Below, one piece after another: positions 41,656-51,328 of a stretch of DNA of 64,000 nt. Numbering within the stretch: position 1 is the stretch's first letter; every line of letters begins with the position of its first letter. Under the pieces are notes generated by a model. That model was not told the DNA's origin. It made no database searches and saw only the letters and a program-made list of their open reading frames with translations. The DNA comes from an uncultured delta proteobacterium (GTDB lineage: Bacteria; Myxococcota_A; Polyangia; Polyangiales; Polyangiaceae), in contig CAWDXG010000001.1 in assembly GCA_963806225.1 (NCBI GenBank), forward strand, positions 1,184,001-1,248,000. Direction: 5' to 3'. Made by a program: the position numbers and the translations under genes.

Positions 41656-43923
41656 TCAGTCTGCGGCCATCTCGAATACGAGCTTGTGCGCGCCGGCGAG
41701 CTGGGCGTGGGTGAGGTAGGGGCCGTCTAGTTTCTTGCCGTCGAGGGTGACGGAGGTGGGAACGGGGTATTTGCGGGGGTCGGCGGTGGTGGTGATGTCG
41801 AGGTCGCCGGAGGGGCGGTGGAGGACGACGTGGGGGTAGCGGGGGGCGGCGACGATGTAGCGGTCGGTGCCGGCGACGGGGTAGAGGCCGGTCGAGGCGA
41901 AGAGCAGCCAGGCGCTGAGCGTGCCGCTGTCGTCGTTGCCGGCGAGGCCATCGGCGCCGGTGGCGTAGAAGGTGTGTACGATCCAGTCGACCCACTTGAC
42001 CGTGTTTGCCGGGCTGCCCCACGCGGCGTAGAGCCAGGCGGCGATGAGATCGGGCTCGTTGCCGTGCCAGTAGTATTTGCGGCGGCCGAGTAGCGGCGTC
42101 TCGCTTTCCGACTGCGTGAAGAATTCGTCGAGCTTCGCGATCGCCTTGCTGGTGCCGCCGAGCGTCTGGGCCAACCCTGCCGGATCCTGCGGCACGAGCC
42201 ACAGGTACTGCCAGGCGTCGCCTTCGGTGTAGTCGTTCGCGTCGGTGGTGTCGCCGTTCCAGTGGTCGAACTTCCCGTCGCTGTTCATCCCGTGGAAAAA
42301 GCCGACGGTGGGGTCGTACAGTTTCTGCCACGACTGCGCGTGCTTCGACAGCGCGGCGGCGTCCGCGCTCTTGCCGAGCGCCTTGGCCCACGCAGCCATG
42401 GCGTAGTCGGCGGAGGCGTACTCCTGGGTGCGCGAGACAGAGCCGCCGGCCTTGTCCGCCGGCACGTAGCCGTACTTCAGATAGTCCTGGATGCTGCCGC
42501 GGCCGCCCATGGGGCCCGGCGACGGTCCGAAGGCGTCGACGCGCGACAGTTCGTACGCCTTCTGTTCGCCCACGCTGGGCTTCACGCCCTTGGCGATCGA
42601 CTCGGCCATGACGATCTCGCCGGGCGAGCCGATCATCGATTTGGCGTCGCCGTTGGCGAGCGACCAGCGCGGCAGCGCGCCGCCCTCCGCCGCCATGGCG
42701 AGCAGCGAGTCGGCGAAGGCCTGGTTGTGCGGATCTTCCGTGAAGAGCAGCCACGGGTGCAGTGTGCGGTACGTGTCCCACAGGGAAAAGTCGCTGAAGC
42801 GCGGGACCTTGCTCGTCACGACTTTGTCGTTCACGTCGAGCGCGCGTCCATCGACGTCGCTCATCAGCGTGGGCATGAGCTGCGAGTGGTAGAGCGCCGT
42901 CCCGAGGATGGTCGCTTCGGAGCCGTCTGCGTCGCCTCCCTTCACCGGGTACACCTCGACGCGGGAGAAAACGTCGTGCCAGGCCTTTTCCGCCTTGTTG
43001 CGAACGCCGTCGAAGTCGAACGTGGGGATCTCCGCGTCCAGGTTGCCCGAGGCGCCCGGCGCGTCCACGAAGCTCGTGGCCACGCGCGCCTGTACCGTCT
43101 TCGTTCCGGCAGGGAAGCGCAGCCACGCGCCGAGATCGGTGCCGGCGGCGCTCTGCTGGCCGGCGTGCAGCCCGCTGTCGTCCCAGACGCCCGTCTCCGC
43201 CGGGGTCTGGTTGAACACGCTGTGGGCGTAGACCTTGAAGCCGCCGAAGCGGCCGCTCATGCCGCCGATGTTCATCATCCAGCCGGTCAGGGTGTCCGGG
43301 GCGTTGAAGCCGATCGAGCCGCCGCCGCTCTTTCCACCGGGAAGTGTGTGCTGGAAATCGACGAGCACGACCGGATCGACGCCGGCGGGGAAGGTGAAGC
43401 GGAAGAGCGCGGCGCGCAGCGTGCTCGTGATCTCCACCTGGATGCCGGTGTCGAGCTTCACGCTGTAGTAGCCGAGTGACGCCTTTTCGCTGTCGTGCGA
43501 GAAGCGCGCGGCGTAACCCTCTTCGCTCCGGCGGCTGTCGTTCATGCCGTCGACGGGCATGAAGCCGATCACGCCGTAGTCCGGTTCGCCGGTGCCGTGC
43601 ATGCGCATCAGGCTGAAGCCCGCGATGCGCGTGTCGCCGTAGTAGTAGCCCGAGCAGTGGTAGAAGCCCGGCCCCTCGCTCTTGTCGGGGCGCGTGTCGG
43701 GTCCCGGGTGCACCATCGCGAACGGCAGTGCCGGGCCCGGATACCCGGAGCCGATGCCGAAGCCGTTGCCTCCCGTCGCGATCATCGGATCGACGCTGCC
43801 CTGCAGATCGAGCGCTGCGCCGACCTCCACCGGCGGCGGCTTGTGCTTTCCGTCGGTCGAAGCCGACGACGAGCAGCCTGCAGCCGCGATAGCGCAGCCG
43901 AGCACGAGCCAGGGACGAAGCAT
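41656..43923 (-). CDS. GH92 alpha-1,2-mannosidase-like lipoprotein
   Basis: AAGC lipobox; YPG...PF.MV..GPDT, SLWDTYRT.HP, VSRTQEY..AD, YTEGDAWQY.W.VP.D, HGNEPD, GNDDSG.LSAW. Confidence 0.93.
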   Translation of the reverse strand: MLRPWLVLGCAIAAAGCSSSASTDGKHKPPPVEVGAALDLQGSVDPMIATGGNGFGIGSGYPGPALPFAMVHPGPDTRPDKSEGPGFYHCSGYYYGDTRIAGFSLMRMHGTGEPDYGVIGFMPVDGMNDSRRSEEGYAARFSHDSEKASLGYYSVKLDTGIQVEITSTLRAALFRFTFPAGVDPVVLVDFQHTLPGGKSGGGSIGFNAPDTLTGWMMNIGGMSGRFGGFKVYAHSVFNQTPAETGVWDDSGLHAGQQSAAGTDLGAWLRFPAGTKTVQARVATSFVDAPGASGNLDAEIPTFDFDGVRNKAEKAWHDVFSRVEVYPVKGGDADGSEATILGTALYHSQLMPTLMSDVDGRALDVNDKVVTSKVPRFSDFSLWDTYRTLHPWLLFTEDPHNQAFADSLLAMAAEGGALPRWSLANGDAKSMIGSPGEIVMAESIAKGVKPSVGEQKAYELSRVDAFGPSPGPMGGRGSIQDYLKYGYVPADKAGGSVSRTQEYASADYAMAAWAKALGKSADAAALSKHAQSWQKLYDPTVGFFHGMNSDGKFDHWNGDTTDANDYTEGDAWQYLWLVPQDPAGLAQTLGGTSKAIAKLDEFFTQSESETPLLGRRKYYWHGNEPDLIAAWLYAAWGSPANTVKWVDWIVHTFYATGADGLAGNDDSGTLSAWLLFASTGLYPVAGTDRYIVAAPRYPHVVLHRPSGDLDITTTADPRKYPVPTSVTLDGKKLDGPYLTHAQLAGAHKLVFEMAAD

Positions 43924-44268
43924 GGCGCGATCGTAGCCGCGCGGGCGTGGGCGCACCAGCGCGCAGCGTCCCTGCGGCTTTCCGGCGCGGCGACAGCGCG
44001 CGCATATTCGTGCGTCGCGGGTGTTGTGGGTCTGCGTTGGTCGCGTTTTCGGCGTAGCGATGGCGGGAGGTTGCGGCGGTTCCGGGTCGGGCGGTGCGGG
44101 CGGTGCGGGCGGTGCGGGCGGTGCGGCGCGGCGCTTGAAAATGGGTCCAAGCCCGGGCTTGGAGGCGAAAACGCGCGTCTGGTCACGGCGGGCGTGGCGT
44201 CGCGTCCCGTCAAAGCGCGTCCCGTCACAGCGCGCGTCGCGTCCCGTCACAGCGCGTCGCGCGTCGCG

Positions 44269-46122
44269 CTAGATCGCCATGCCGCGCGCGTTGAACACTT
44301 GCTTGACGCCTTCGCGTAGGCGCTCGGAGCCTTGGGGATACGCTTCGCGGGCGGCGTCGAGGAAGCGGGTGCCTCGGGCGGTGGACAGGGCTTTGATGGC
44401 TTCGCCGCGCTCGTCGGGGCCGCCGTGGTCGAGCGCCGCGATGAGCAGCTCGGCGGCTTCGTCGACGTCGATGCGCGCGAGGGCGCGAAGGGCCGCGATG
44501 CGCACCGCCTGGCGATCGCTGGTGCGGTAGATGCGCGAGAGCGGATCGCAGGCGTGCTCGAAGCGCAGGCGTTCGAGCGCCTTGACCGCCTCGGCGCTCA
44601 CCTTCGAGTCGGAGTCGCCGAGCGCGGCGCCGAGCGTGACGAAGCTGCGCTTGAAGAAATAGCGGGAGAGCGCCTGGATCGCGGCAAGCCGCACTGCCGG
44701 CTCGGGCCGCGTGAAGAGCTTTTCCAGTGGCGACAGCAGCGTGTAGAGCCCGATCGGCGCGAGGTAGCCCGCGAGCACCACCTGGGCGCGCGCGTTGTCC
44801 GGCGTGGCCTCCGCGTCCAGAGCAACCAGCCGCGCCGTGAGCGCGGCGCGCATCGTGATGCGGTCGCCCGTCTCGTCCGGATCGAGCAGTAGATCGGCGC
44901 AGGCCCCCGCGGCCGAGCCTTGCTCCTCCCACTCGATCAGATCGACGTGCCACACGTCGGGCGGCGCGACGTGGCGGCCCAGGCGATCGTCGAGCGCTCC
45001 AGCGGCCGATGCCGCGTCGCTCGCGCCCTCGTAGCGCTCGGCGGCGCGCGCGTAGTGGCGCTTGCGCGCTGGCTCCAGATCCAGCTGCTGCAGCCGGTGG
45101 TAGAGGCTGCCCACGCGCGCGTACTGCCCGGCCTCGGCGCTCGCGAGCAGGCTGGCGAGAAATGCATTTTCGACCAGCTCGGGTGGGCCGCCGCGCTCCA
45201 GCATGTGTTCGGCGGCGTGCTGCCACAGCTCCGACTGTCTGAGCGTGCCGCGCTCGGCGATGCGCGGCAGGCCCTGCTTCTGCGCGAAGGCGGTCATCTC
45301 GCGCGCCAGCGTTGCCGCCGCCGAGCTCTCGCCAGCGCGCTCCGCCAGCCCGATCGCGTGATCGTACAGGCGGAGGGCGTGGTAGCGGAGGTTGTCCTCG
45401 CCCAGGATGCGGATCGCGTTCACGACGCCCTCGAGCACGTGCTCGAACATGCCGCTCAGCTCGCCGATCGCGATCAGCACGTGGTAGCAGTCGAAGGCGC
45501 GCTCGCGCTGGCCGATCGACTCGAAGCGATCCGCGGCTTCTTCCAGCCTGTGCACGGCCGCCACCGTGGCCTCGCGCGCCGCGCGTTCGTCACCCGCCGC
45601 GCGGCTGGTGCGCGCGACGTTGAAGCGCGCGAGCCCCGCCGCGTACGGCTCGCCGGACTGCTCGTCGAGCTGGGAGGCGAGCCGCGACCACAGCGTGCGG
45701 GCCCGTGCGACGTCCGCGGCACGTTCGTAGTAGATGGCGGCGCGCACGAGCTGTCCTTCCTGTTCCAGCTCGCGCGCCGCCCGGCCATAGAGCTCCGCGG
45801 CGGGATCGGGCCCCTGAGCTGCCCACGAAGCCCAGGTGCGGGCTCGATCGATGGCGGGCACGTTGTCGAGTAGCGCCCGCTGGCGCGCGCGATCGGCCGT
45901 GTACCACGCGGTCGACAGCGCCGCGCGGTGTTCGCCCTTCTTGACCAGAAGCTCGCCGAGGCTCGCGACCGCGCGGGCATAGCCCTGTTCGCGCGCGTGG
46001 GTGTGGAGCAGTGCCATCGCGAGCGAGCGCAGGGCGGCATCCTGGTTCTTCGTGCGCCGGGCACGGTCGAGCAGATCGTCCAGCTCGGACTCCGGCCGCA
46101 GCCCGTCGAAGATCTCGATCAC
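44269..46122 (-). CDS. TPR-like/HEAT-repeat protein
   Basis: Helical repeats, C-terminal HEAT (VRLAAIQAL, VSAEAVKAL, VRIAALRALA); GTG start overlaps the vWA stop. Confidence 0.72.
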   Translation of the reverse strand: MIEIFDGLRPESELDDLLDRARRTKNQDAALRSLAMALLHTHAREQGYARAVASLGELLVKKGEHRAALSTAWYTADRARQRALLDNVPAIDRARTWASWAAQGPDPAAELYGRAARELEQEGQLVRAAIYYERAADVARARTLWSRLASQLDEQSGEPYAAGLARFNVARTSRAAGDERAAREATVAAVHRLEEAADRFESIGQRERAFDCYHVLIAIGELSGMFEHVLEGVVNAIRILGEDNLRYHALRLYDHAIGLAERAGESSAAATLAREMTAFAQKQGLPRIAERGTLRQSELWQHAAEHMLERGGPPELVENAFLASLLASAEAGQYARVGSLYHRLQQLDLEPARKRHYARAAERYEGASDAASAAGALDDRLGRHVAPPDVWHVDLIEWEEQGSAAGACADLLLDPDETGDRITMRAALTARLVALDAEATPDNARAQVVLAGYLAPIGLYTLLSPLEKLFTRPEPAVRLAAIQALSRYFFKRSFVTLGAALGDSDSKVSAEAVKALERLRFEHACDPLSRIYRTSDRQAVRIAALRALARIDVDEAAELLIAALDHGGPDERGEAIKALSTARGTRFLDAAREAYPQGSERLREGVKQVFNARGMAI

Positions 46123-47609
46123 CGGCGCTCCGCTGCCGGAGTGCGCGCCGAACGCGGAGCATCGCCGCCGCGGGGTGCCTTCTCGCCCACGTCGCCGAGG
46201 ATGCGCCGCGCCTCGTCCGCCCGCGCGCCGCGGCTGGCCAGCACCTGGTGATCGACGACCCAGTATGCGTCCAGGAGGTCGAGGTAATCGAGCGATAGTT
46301 CGCCGCCGGAAGGCAGCATGAACACGGCCGCCAGGCGCGCGCTCTGCCTGATCGCGCTCACCGTTTCGCGCGGGATGTACAGCGCCGCGTGCGTGTACAG
46401 GTGCACCACGATCTGCCGCGCATCGCGCGCCGCCGAGATTTCGAGGAAGCGCGCGAGCTCGCCGAACACGCGCGCGGGATTGCGCCCGCGTTCCCCCTTG
46501 AACGAAAGGAGGTAGCCCACCGGAAGCTGGCCGCCGCGCGCCGCCCGCGGCTCGTACAGCCGCGAATCGAAGAAGCGCAGAACGACGTCTTCGCCGGCGA
46601 GCAACAGCTTTTTCGCCGAGGCGAGCGCCATGCCGCGCGCGAAGGTGGCGCGATCGCCGCGCATCGACGCGGAGGCATCGATCAGGACGTGGTGCACGCG
46701 GCGCGCCTCGTCGTGGGCCTGTTCGCGCGCGTAGTAGAGCACCTCGTCGTCGGCCAGCCGCCGCATCAGCTCGTCCGCATCCCACGCGAGCTCGCTCAAG
46801 ACGAGGCTGTCGATGCTGCCCTTGCGCGCCAGCCCTGCGTAGCCGAACGCCGGATGCGTGCCGGCGCCGGGGCGCGTCTTGGCCTCGAGCACGCTCGGCA
46901 GGATTTCGAGCGAGAAGTTGACCACGTCGTTGGCCTCGGGCTGGCCCAGCACGCCGAGCAGGTCGACCTGCGCCATCGCGCCTTCGGCGGCGTCGCCCCC
47001 CAGCATGCCGAACAGCTGCAGCGTGTCCAGGTCGAGCGCGTCGACCAGCGTCAGCACGTACAGCGCCGCGTCGCAGAGCCCGCGCACGGCGGCGATGTCC
47101 CAGCGGCGGCTCACCGCGTTGAAGAGCGCCGGCAGCTCCGGCCCGAGCCGCTCGAGCAGCGCGGCGTCGAGCGGGAGGCCCGACACATAGGCGGGTGCGA
47201 CCTTGACGCGTGCGGCCACGCTGCCGAGAAGCCGCGCCAGCAGCACCACGACCAGATCGTCGCTCATCGAAAGCGAGCTCGAGCGCCGCGCGGTCTCGCT
47301 TCCGGCCACTTCCTCGATGAGCTTCCGGTAATCCGCCATCAGCTGCGCGCCGCCGGGCGCGTCCGCCAGAAGCGTGTCGTAGTGCGCGCGCGCACCAAGC
47401 TCGAGCTGCTCGTTCGGACACGCGAGCAGCAGCCCGAGATCGTGCACCACCGACAGCGGCATGTTCACGCCGAGGCGCCTGAGCTCGCGGTGCCAGCGCA
47501 CCGCCCTGAGCGCCAGCGTCGAGGCCCGCGGCGTCGCGACCGACAGCGCCAGCGACCCCAGCGGTCCCGCGACCGCGGGATCCCGGGCGAGCTCGTCGGG
47601 CAGCGGCAT
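46119..47609 (-). CDS. von Willebrand factor A (MIDAS) domain protein
   Basis: GYAG..RKG..DSL...EL, LYY.RE, HVLIDASASMRG, LRFFDSRL. Confidence 0.78.
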   Translation of the reverse strand: MPLPDELARDPAVAGPLGSLALSVATPRASTLALRAVRWHRELRRLGVNMPLSVVHDLGLLLACPNEQLELGARAHYDTLLADAPGGAQLMADYRKLIEEVAGSETARRSSSLSMSDDLVVVLLARLLGSVAARVKVAPAYVSGLPLDAALLERLGPELPALFNAVSRRWDIAAVRGLCDAALYVLTLVDALDLDTLQLFGMLGGDAAEGAMAQVDLLGVLGQPEANDVVNFSLEILPSVLEAKTRPGAGTHPAFGYAGLARKGSIDSLVLSELAWDADELMRRLADDEVLYYAREQAHDEARRVHHVLIDASASMRGDRATFARGMALASAKKLLLAGEDVVLRFFDSRLYEPRAARGGQLPVGYLLSFKGERGRNPARVFGELARFLEISAARDARQIVVHLYTHAALYIPRETVSAIRQSARLAAVFMLPSGGELSLDYLDLLDAYWVVDHQVLASRGARADEARRILGDVGEKAPRGGDAPRSARTPAAERR

Positions 47610-47919
47610 GTCTCGATGTATAGCGCAATCGCCCGCGCCGTCCGGCGCGGCTGTCGCCGCCGTCGGATCGATACTCTGCAGACCCCGGAGTTTCCCGCCG
47701 CGAAGAAGCCCCCCCGCCGTTTTCGATGGCAGGTCCTGGCAGCCGCTCCACAGCAGAGAGACGCCACGCCCGCGCCGCGCGGCGCGCCTGGCTTCGTCGC
47801 TTCACGCGGGCACGCCCGCGCCGCGTGCGCGTCCGGCGTCGTCGCTTCACGCGGGAGAACCGCCGCGGCGCCGAGCACGCAAAGGAAAGGGGAGCCGGGA
47901 TTCGCTCTGGGCGTGGCCA

Positions 47920-48046
47920 TTCCATGAGGGAAGTCACGGGCCTCTGTTTGTCCGGATTGCGGACATTTCGGGGCACATGAGGGGTCATGGGCGTCTGGAC
48001 GTCCGCTTTCCGGACATTTCGAGGGCTATGAGGTTCGCCATGGAAG
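47920..48046. repeat. ~127-bp dispersed intergenic element, copy 2
   Basis: TTCCATG...CATGGAA inverted ends; internal units as at 41259-41390; flanked by duplicated CGCCTGGCTTCGTCGCTTCA. Confidence 0.75.
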
Positions 48047-48100
48047 TCTTTCGGGCACGTCCGCGCCGCGTGCGCGTCCGGCGCGCCTGGCTTCGTCGCT

Positions 48101-49702
48101 TCAGCGCGCGCGTCCGCGCCGCGCGGCACTTCCGGCACTTCCGGCGAGCATGGGCGGTCCGGTGAACATTCCGCACGGAAAGGCGCGGGTCTGGGCGATT
48201 TGGCGGCGTTGCCACCAGTTGGCGGTTGCGGCTTTCTCGGCGGGGGTGGTGAAGCGGTAGTCGTAGAAGACGATGCGGACGGCTTGGGGTTCGGCGGGCA
48301 GGGGATCGACGAAGAGTGGCTGCACGACCGCCGGCTCGCGGCACAGGTGCTCGAGCAGCGAGCCGACGTAGCGGGGCATGTGGCGGAAGCCGAGCCCGTA
48401 GAACCAGAGCAGGAAGTCGACGCGTGGTTGGTGCGGCGCGACGAACGGCGGCGCGCGCCCTACCGGCCCGGCCTTGTAGTGGAAGTTGTGCTCGGTCCAG
48501 CGCGTGCCGTCGTAGGTCGAAAACTGCGGCTCGATGCGGGTGCGCGTCACCTGCGTGAACAGGTAGTACGTGTTGATCACGCGGAACGGGCGCAGGCTTC
48601 CGCTCAGCGTGTCGAGCCCCGCGAAGCCCCCGCGGGGGCGGTCGAAGTGCTGCAAGCCGTTGTTCAGCGAAACGGCGATGTACAGCGCCGAGAACAGGTA
48701 CGCCCCGGCGCGGCGCGCGCCCGTGAGCCACATCTGGCTCTCCACGCGCGCTGAAAGGCGCGGCGTCAGCGCGTGGCGCACGCGGCCCCAGCGCCGCAAC
48801 AGCAGCCGGAGCCGCGCTGCCGGCCGGCGCAGCGCTGGGACGCGACGCCTGAGCCGCCGCATTCGCCCGCCGACGAAGGCGCGCAGCCGTTCGAGGTCGC
48901 GATCGTCGAGCAGGAAGACGCCGAGCGCCAGCGCCAGGTAGGAGAAGAAGCCGTAGTTGGCGGTGGCGATGTTGATCAGCTGGAAGCCCGTGAACACCAC
49001 GGCCGCCACGATGCGCGCGCGCCGCGGCCCGAAGATCAGGAAGGGCACGGCCAGCTCCCACACCAGCGTCGCGTTGCTCTCGATGTGGTGCCACCAGGCG
49101 GGCAGGTGGTGCGCGTACCAGGCGAGCGCCGTCGGGATCGGCGCGGTCTGGTAGTAGAAGCGCATCGCGCTGCCGTCGAGCCAGTCGCCGATGGGCGACT
49201 GCAGCTTGGCGAGCCCCGACTCGAAGTACAGCTTGAACAGGAGCAGCCGGAACAGGAGGTGGATCCACTTCGCCGGGCGATCGCGCGGCAGGAAGCACGC
49301 CAGAAGCCCGCACTCGAGCAGCAGGTTGTCCCACTGGAAGCCGGTGAAGCTGCGGCACGCCACCGCGTAGCCGAGATAGAGCAGCGTCGAGAGCGCGAAG
49401 CAGGCCCGCGGCCACACACCGGCCAGGGCCAGAAGCGACAGCGCGACGCCGAGCCAGATCCCGCCGCGCAGGAGCGCGTCGCTCGAGCCGAGCCAGAGCC
49501 ACGTCGGCACCTGCAAGAAGCCCGCGGTCGTGCGCGCGCGCAGCATCTCGAGCCAGCTGTGAGCGGGCAGGAGCCCGTGGCTGCCGACGAGCAGCGTCAC
49601 CTGCACTCCGAGCGACAGCCAGGCGATCAAGAACACGAGCGCGAGCTCGCGCTGGAAGATCCGCGCGACGGCCGGTCCGGAATCGTGCTTCCACACAGAC
49701 AC
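48101..49702 (-). CDS. Lipase maturation factor (LMF1) family membrane protein
   Basis: F.GFQWD.LLLE.G, LLFKLYFESG..K, TAPIPT..AWY.H, TANYGFF, APHQPR.DF..WF. Confidence 0.9.
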   Translation of the reverse strand: MSVWKHDSGPAVARIFQRELALVFLIAWLSLGVQVTLLVGSHGLLPAHSWLEMLRARTTAGFLQVPTWLWLGSSDALLRGGIWLGVALSLLALAGVWPRACFALSTLLYLGYAVACRSFTGFQWDNLLLECGLLACFLPRDRPAKWIHLLFRLLLFKLYFESGLAKLQSPIGDWLDGSAMRFYYQTAPIPTALAWYAHHLPAWWHHIESNATLVWELAVPFLIFGPRRARIVAAVVFTGFQLINIATANYGFFSYLALALGVFLLDDRDLERLRAFVGGRMRRLRRRVPALRRPAARLRLLLRRWGRVRHALTPRLSARVESQMWLTGARRAGAYLFSALYIAVSLNNGLQHFDRPRGGFAGLDTLSGSLRPFRVINTYYLFTQVTRTRIEPQFSTYDGTRWTEHNFHYKAGPVGRAPPFVAPHQPRVDFLLWFYGLGFRHMPRYVGSLLEHLCREPAVVQPLFVDPLPAEPQAVRIVFYDYRFTTPAEKAATANWWQRRQIAQTRAFPCGMFTGPPMLAGSAGSAARRGRAR

Positions 49703-49714
49703 GCTGGGCGGAGA

Positions 49715-51124
49715 CTACTCCGCTCGCGTGTTCGCGTCGTCGCTGCTGTCGCTGTCGCGCTGCGAGCCGCTCCCGTCGGCTTCCGGCGCGGGCGCTTTCC
49801 CGGGCTCCGGCGGACGCGAGACCCGCGCCGCCACGCTGGGCAGCCGCCGCCAGGAGTGGTCGCCCGTGATGAGCCGCGCGCCGCGGCGGTAGGTGAGGTA
49901 CGCCCAGAACCAGTTGAGGAAGACCGCGACCCGGTTCCGGAAGCCGACCAGGTACCAGATGTGGACGAAGATCCACGCCAACCACGCGATCAGCCCGGAG
50001 AGCTTGAGCTTTCCCGAGCCGGTCTGCGCGACGGCGCGCGAGCGACCAATGGTCGCCATGATGCCCTTGTCCCGGTAGCGGAAGGGGCGGCGCTCCCGCC
50101 CGGCGACGCTGCGCGCGATGTTGTCGGCGACCAGCAGGGCCTGCTGCATCGCCACGGGAGCGAGACCGGGCAGCGCGCTTCCGGCGCCTTCCGGCGTGAA
50201 GGCGGCGATGTCGCCGAGTGCGAATACCTCCGGATGGCCCGGGACGGAGCAATCCTGCCCGACCACGACGCGGCCGGAGGCGTCGAGCTCCGTGCCGAGC
50301 GCCCGGGCGATGGGACGCGGCTCTACGCCGGCCGTCCACAGCACCGTGGCCGACTCGATGAGCTCGCCGTCCAGACGCACGCCGAGCTCGTCGATGTCCT
50401 GCACCGCCGAGCCGAGCCGGACTTCCACGCCGAGAGCCGTGAGCTGCCGGCGCGCCTTGTCCGCCAGCGACGTGACGAAGCCGCCCGGCAGGAGGTGGTC
50501 CTTCATCTCGAGCAGCAGCACCCGCGCCAGCGTGGGGTCGATATGCCGGAAGTCCTCCGCCATCACGCGGCGCGACAGCTCGGCGAGCGCGCCGGCGATC
50601 TCGACGCCGGTGGGCCCACCCCCGATGACGATGAACGTGAGCAGGCGCTCGCGCGCCTTGTCGTCCGTCTCGCGCTCGGCGGCCTCGAACGCCATCAGCA
50701 CGCGGCGCCGGATCTCGATCGCGTCGTCGACGCTCTTCAGCCCCAGCGAGTGCGGCGCCCACCTGTCCTCGTTGCCGAAATAGTTGGTGCGCGCGCCGGC
50801 GGCGAGCACGAGATAGTCGTAGGAGACGTGTGCGCCGTCGAGCAACTCGATGCGGCGCTCGTCCACGTCGATGTCAGTCGCCTCGCCGAGCAGCACCTCG
50901 GCGTTGTCCTGCTGGCTGAAGACGCTGCGCAGCGGATACGCGATGTCCGCGGGCGAGAGCCCGGCCATGGCGATCTGGTAGAGCAGCGGCTGGAACAGGT
51001 GGTAGTTGTTCCGGTCGACAAGCGTGACCTGTACCGGCACGTGCGCCAGCCGGCGCGCTGCGCAGAGCCCGCCGAAGCCGCCGCCGACGATCACGACATG
51101 TGGGAGGGTCTTTCCCGGGACCAT
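49715..51124 (-). CDS. ndh: Type II NADH dehydrogenase (NDH-2) family FAD oxidoreductase
   Basis: GGGFGG, HLFQPLLYQ, GGGPTGVE.AG, FALGD, A.VAMQQ, F.Y.DKG.MATIGR, GFRNR. Confidence 0.92.
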   Translation of the reverse strand: MVPGKTLPHVVIVGGGFGGLCAARRLAHVPVQVTLVDRNNYHLFQPLLYQIAMAGLSPADIAYPLRSVFSQQDNAEVLLGEATDIDVDERRIELLDGAHVSYDYLVLAAGARTNYFGNEDRWAPHSLGLKSVDDAIEIRRRVLMAFEAAERETDDKARERLLTFIVIGGGPTGVEIAGALAELSRRVMAEDFRHIDPTLARVLLLEMKDHLLPGGFVTSLADKARRQLTALGVEVRLGSAVQDIDELGVRLDGELIESATVLWTAGVEPRPIARALGTELDASGRVVVGQDCSVPGHPEVFALGDIAAFTPEGAGSALPGLAPVAMQQALLVADNIARSVAGRERRPFRYRDKGIMATIGRSRAVAQTGSGKLKLSGLIAWLAWIFVHIWYLVGFRNRVAVFLNWFWAYLTYRRGARLITGDHSWRRLPSVAARVSRPPEPGKAPAPEADGSGSQRDSDSSDDANTRAE

Positions 51125-51142
51125 GGCCGACCGGATCGTAGT

Positions 51143-51328
51143 TCAGGTGGGGGGCCGCTCGAAACCCGGGCAGCGCAGCACCGGCAGCGGCGGATACTTC
51201 GGGTAGCGCGGGTCCGTCTCCGAGCGCCCGCACAGCAGGAATTCGCTGCCGCGCGAGGAAACCACGCTGCGCGCGTGCACGCAGGTCGCGCATAGGCCCA
51301 GTCGCCGCGCGCGCAGCTCGTCGCTCAC
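51143..51328 (-). CDS. Small Cys-containing hypothetical protein
   Basis: GLCATC..AR...S.RGS.F.LC......DPRYPKYP.LPV..C.G; GTG start overlaps the AKR stop. Confidence 0.6.
   Translation of the reverse strand: MSDELRARRLGLCATCVHARSVVSSRGSEFLLCGRSETDPRYPKYPPLPVLRCPGFERPPT

Noticed and set aside
41590..44265. Short microsatellites (GATCGGGC x4 at ~41591; GGGCGGTGC x4 at ~44088; CGCGTCCCGTCA repeats at ~44201-44250)
   Set aside because: Real but short intergenic slippage repeats with no evidence of function.
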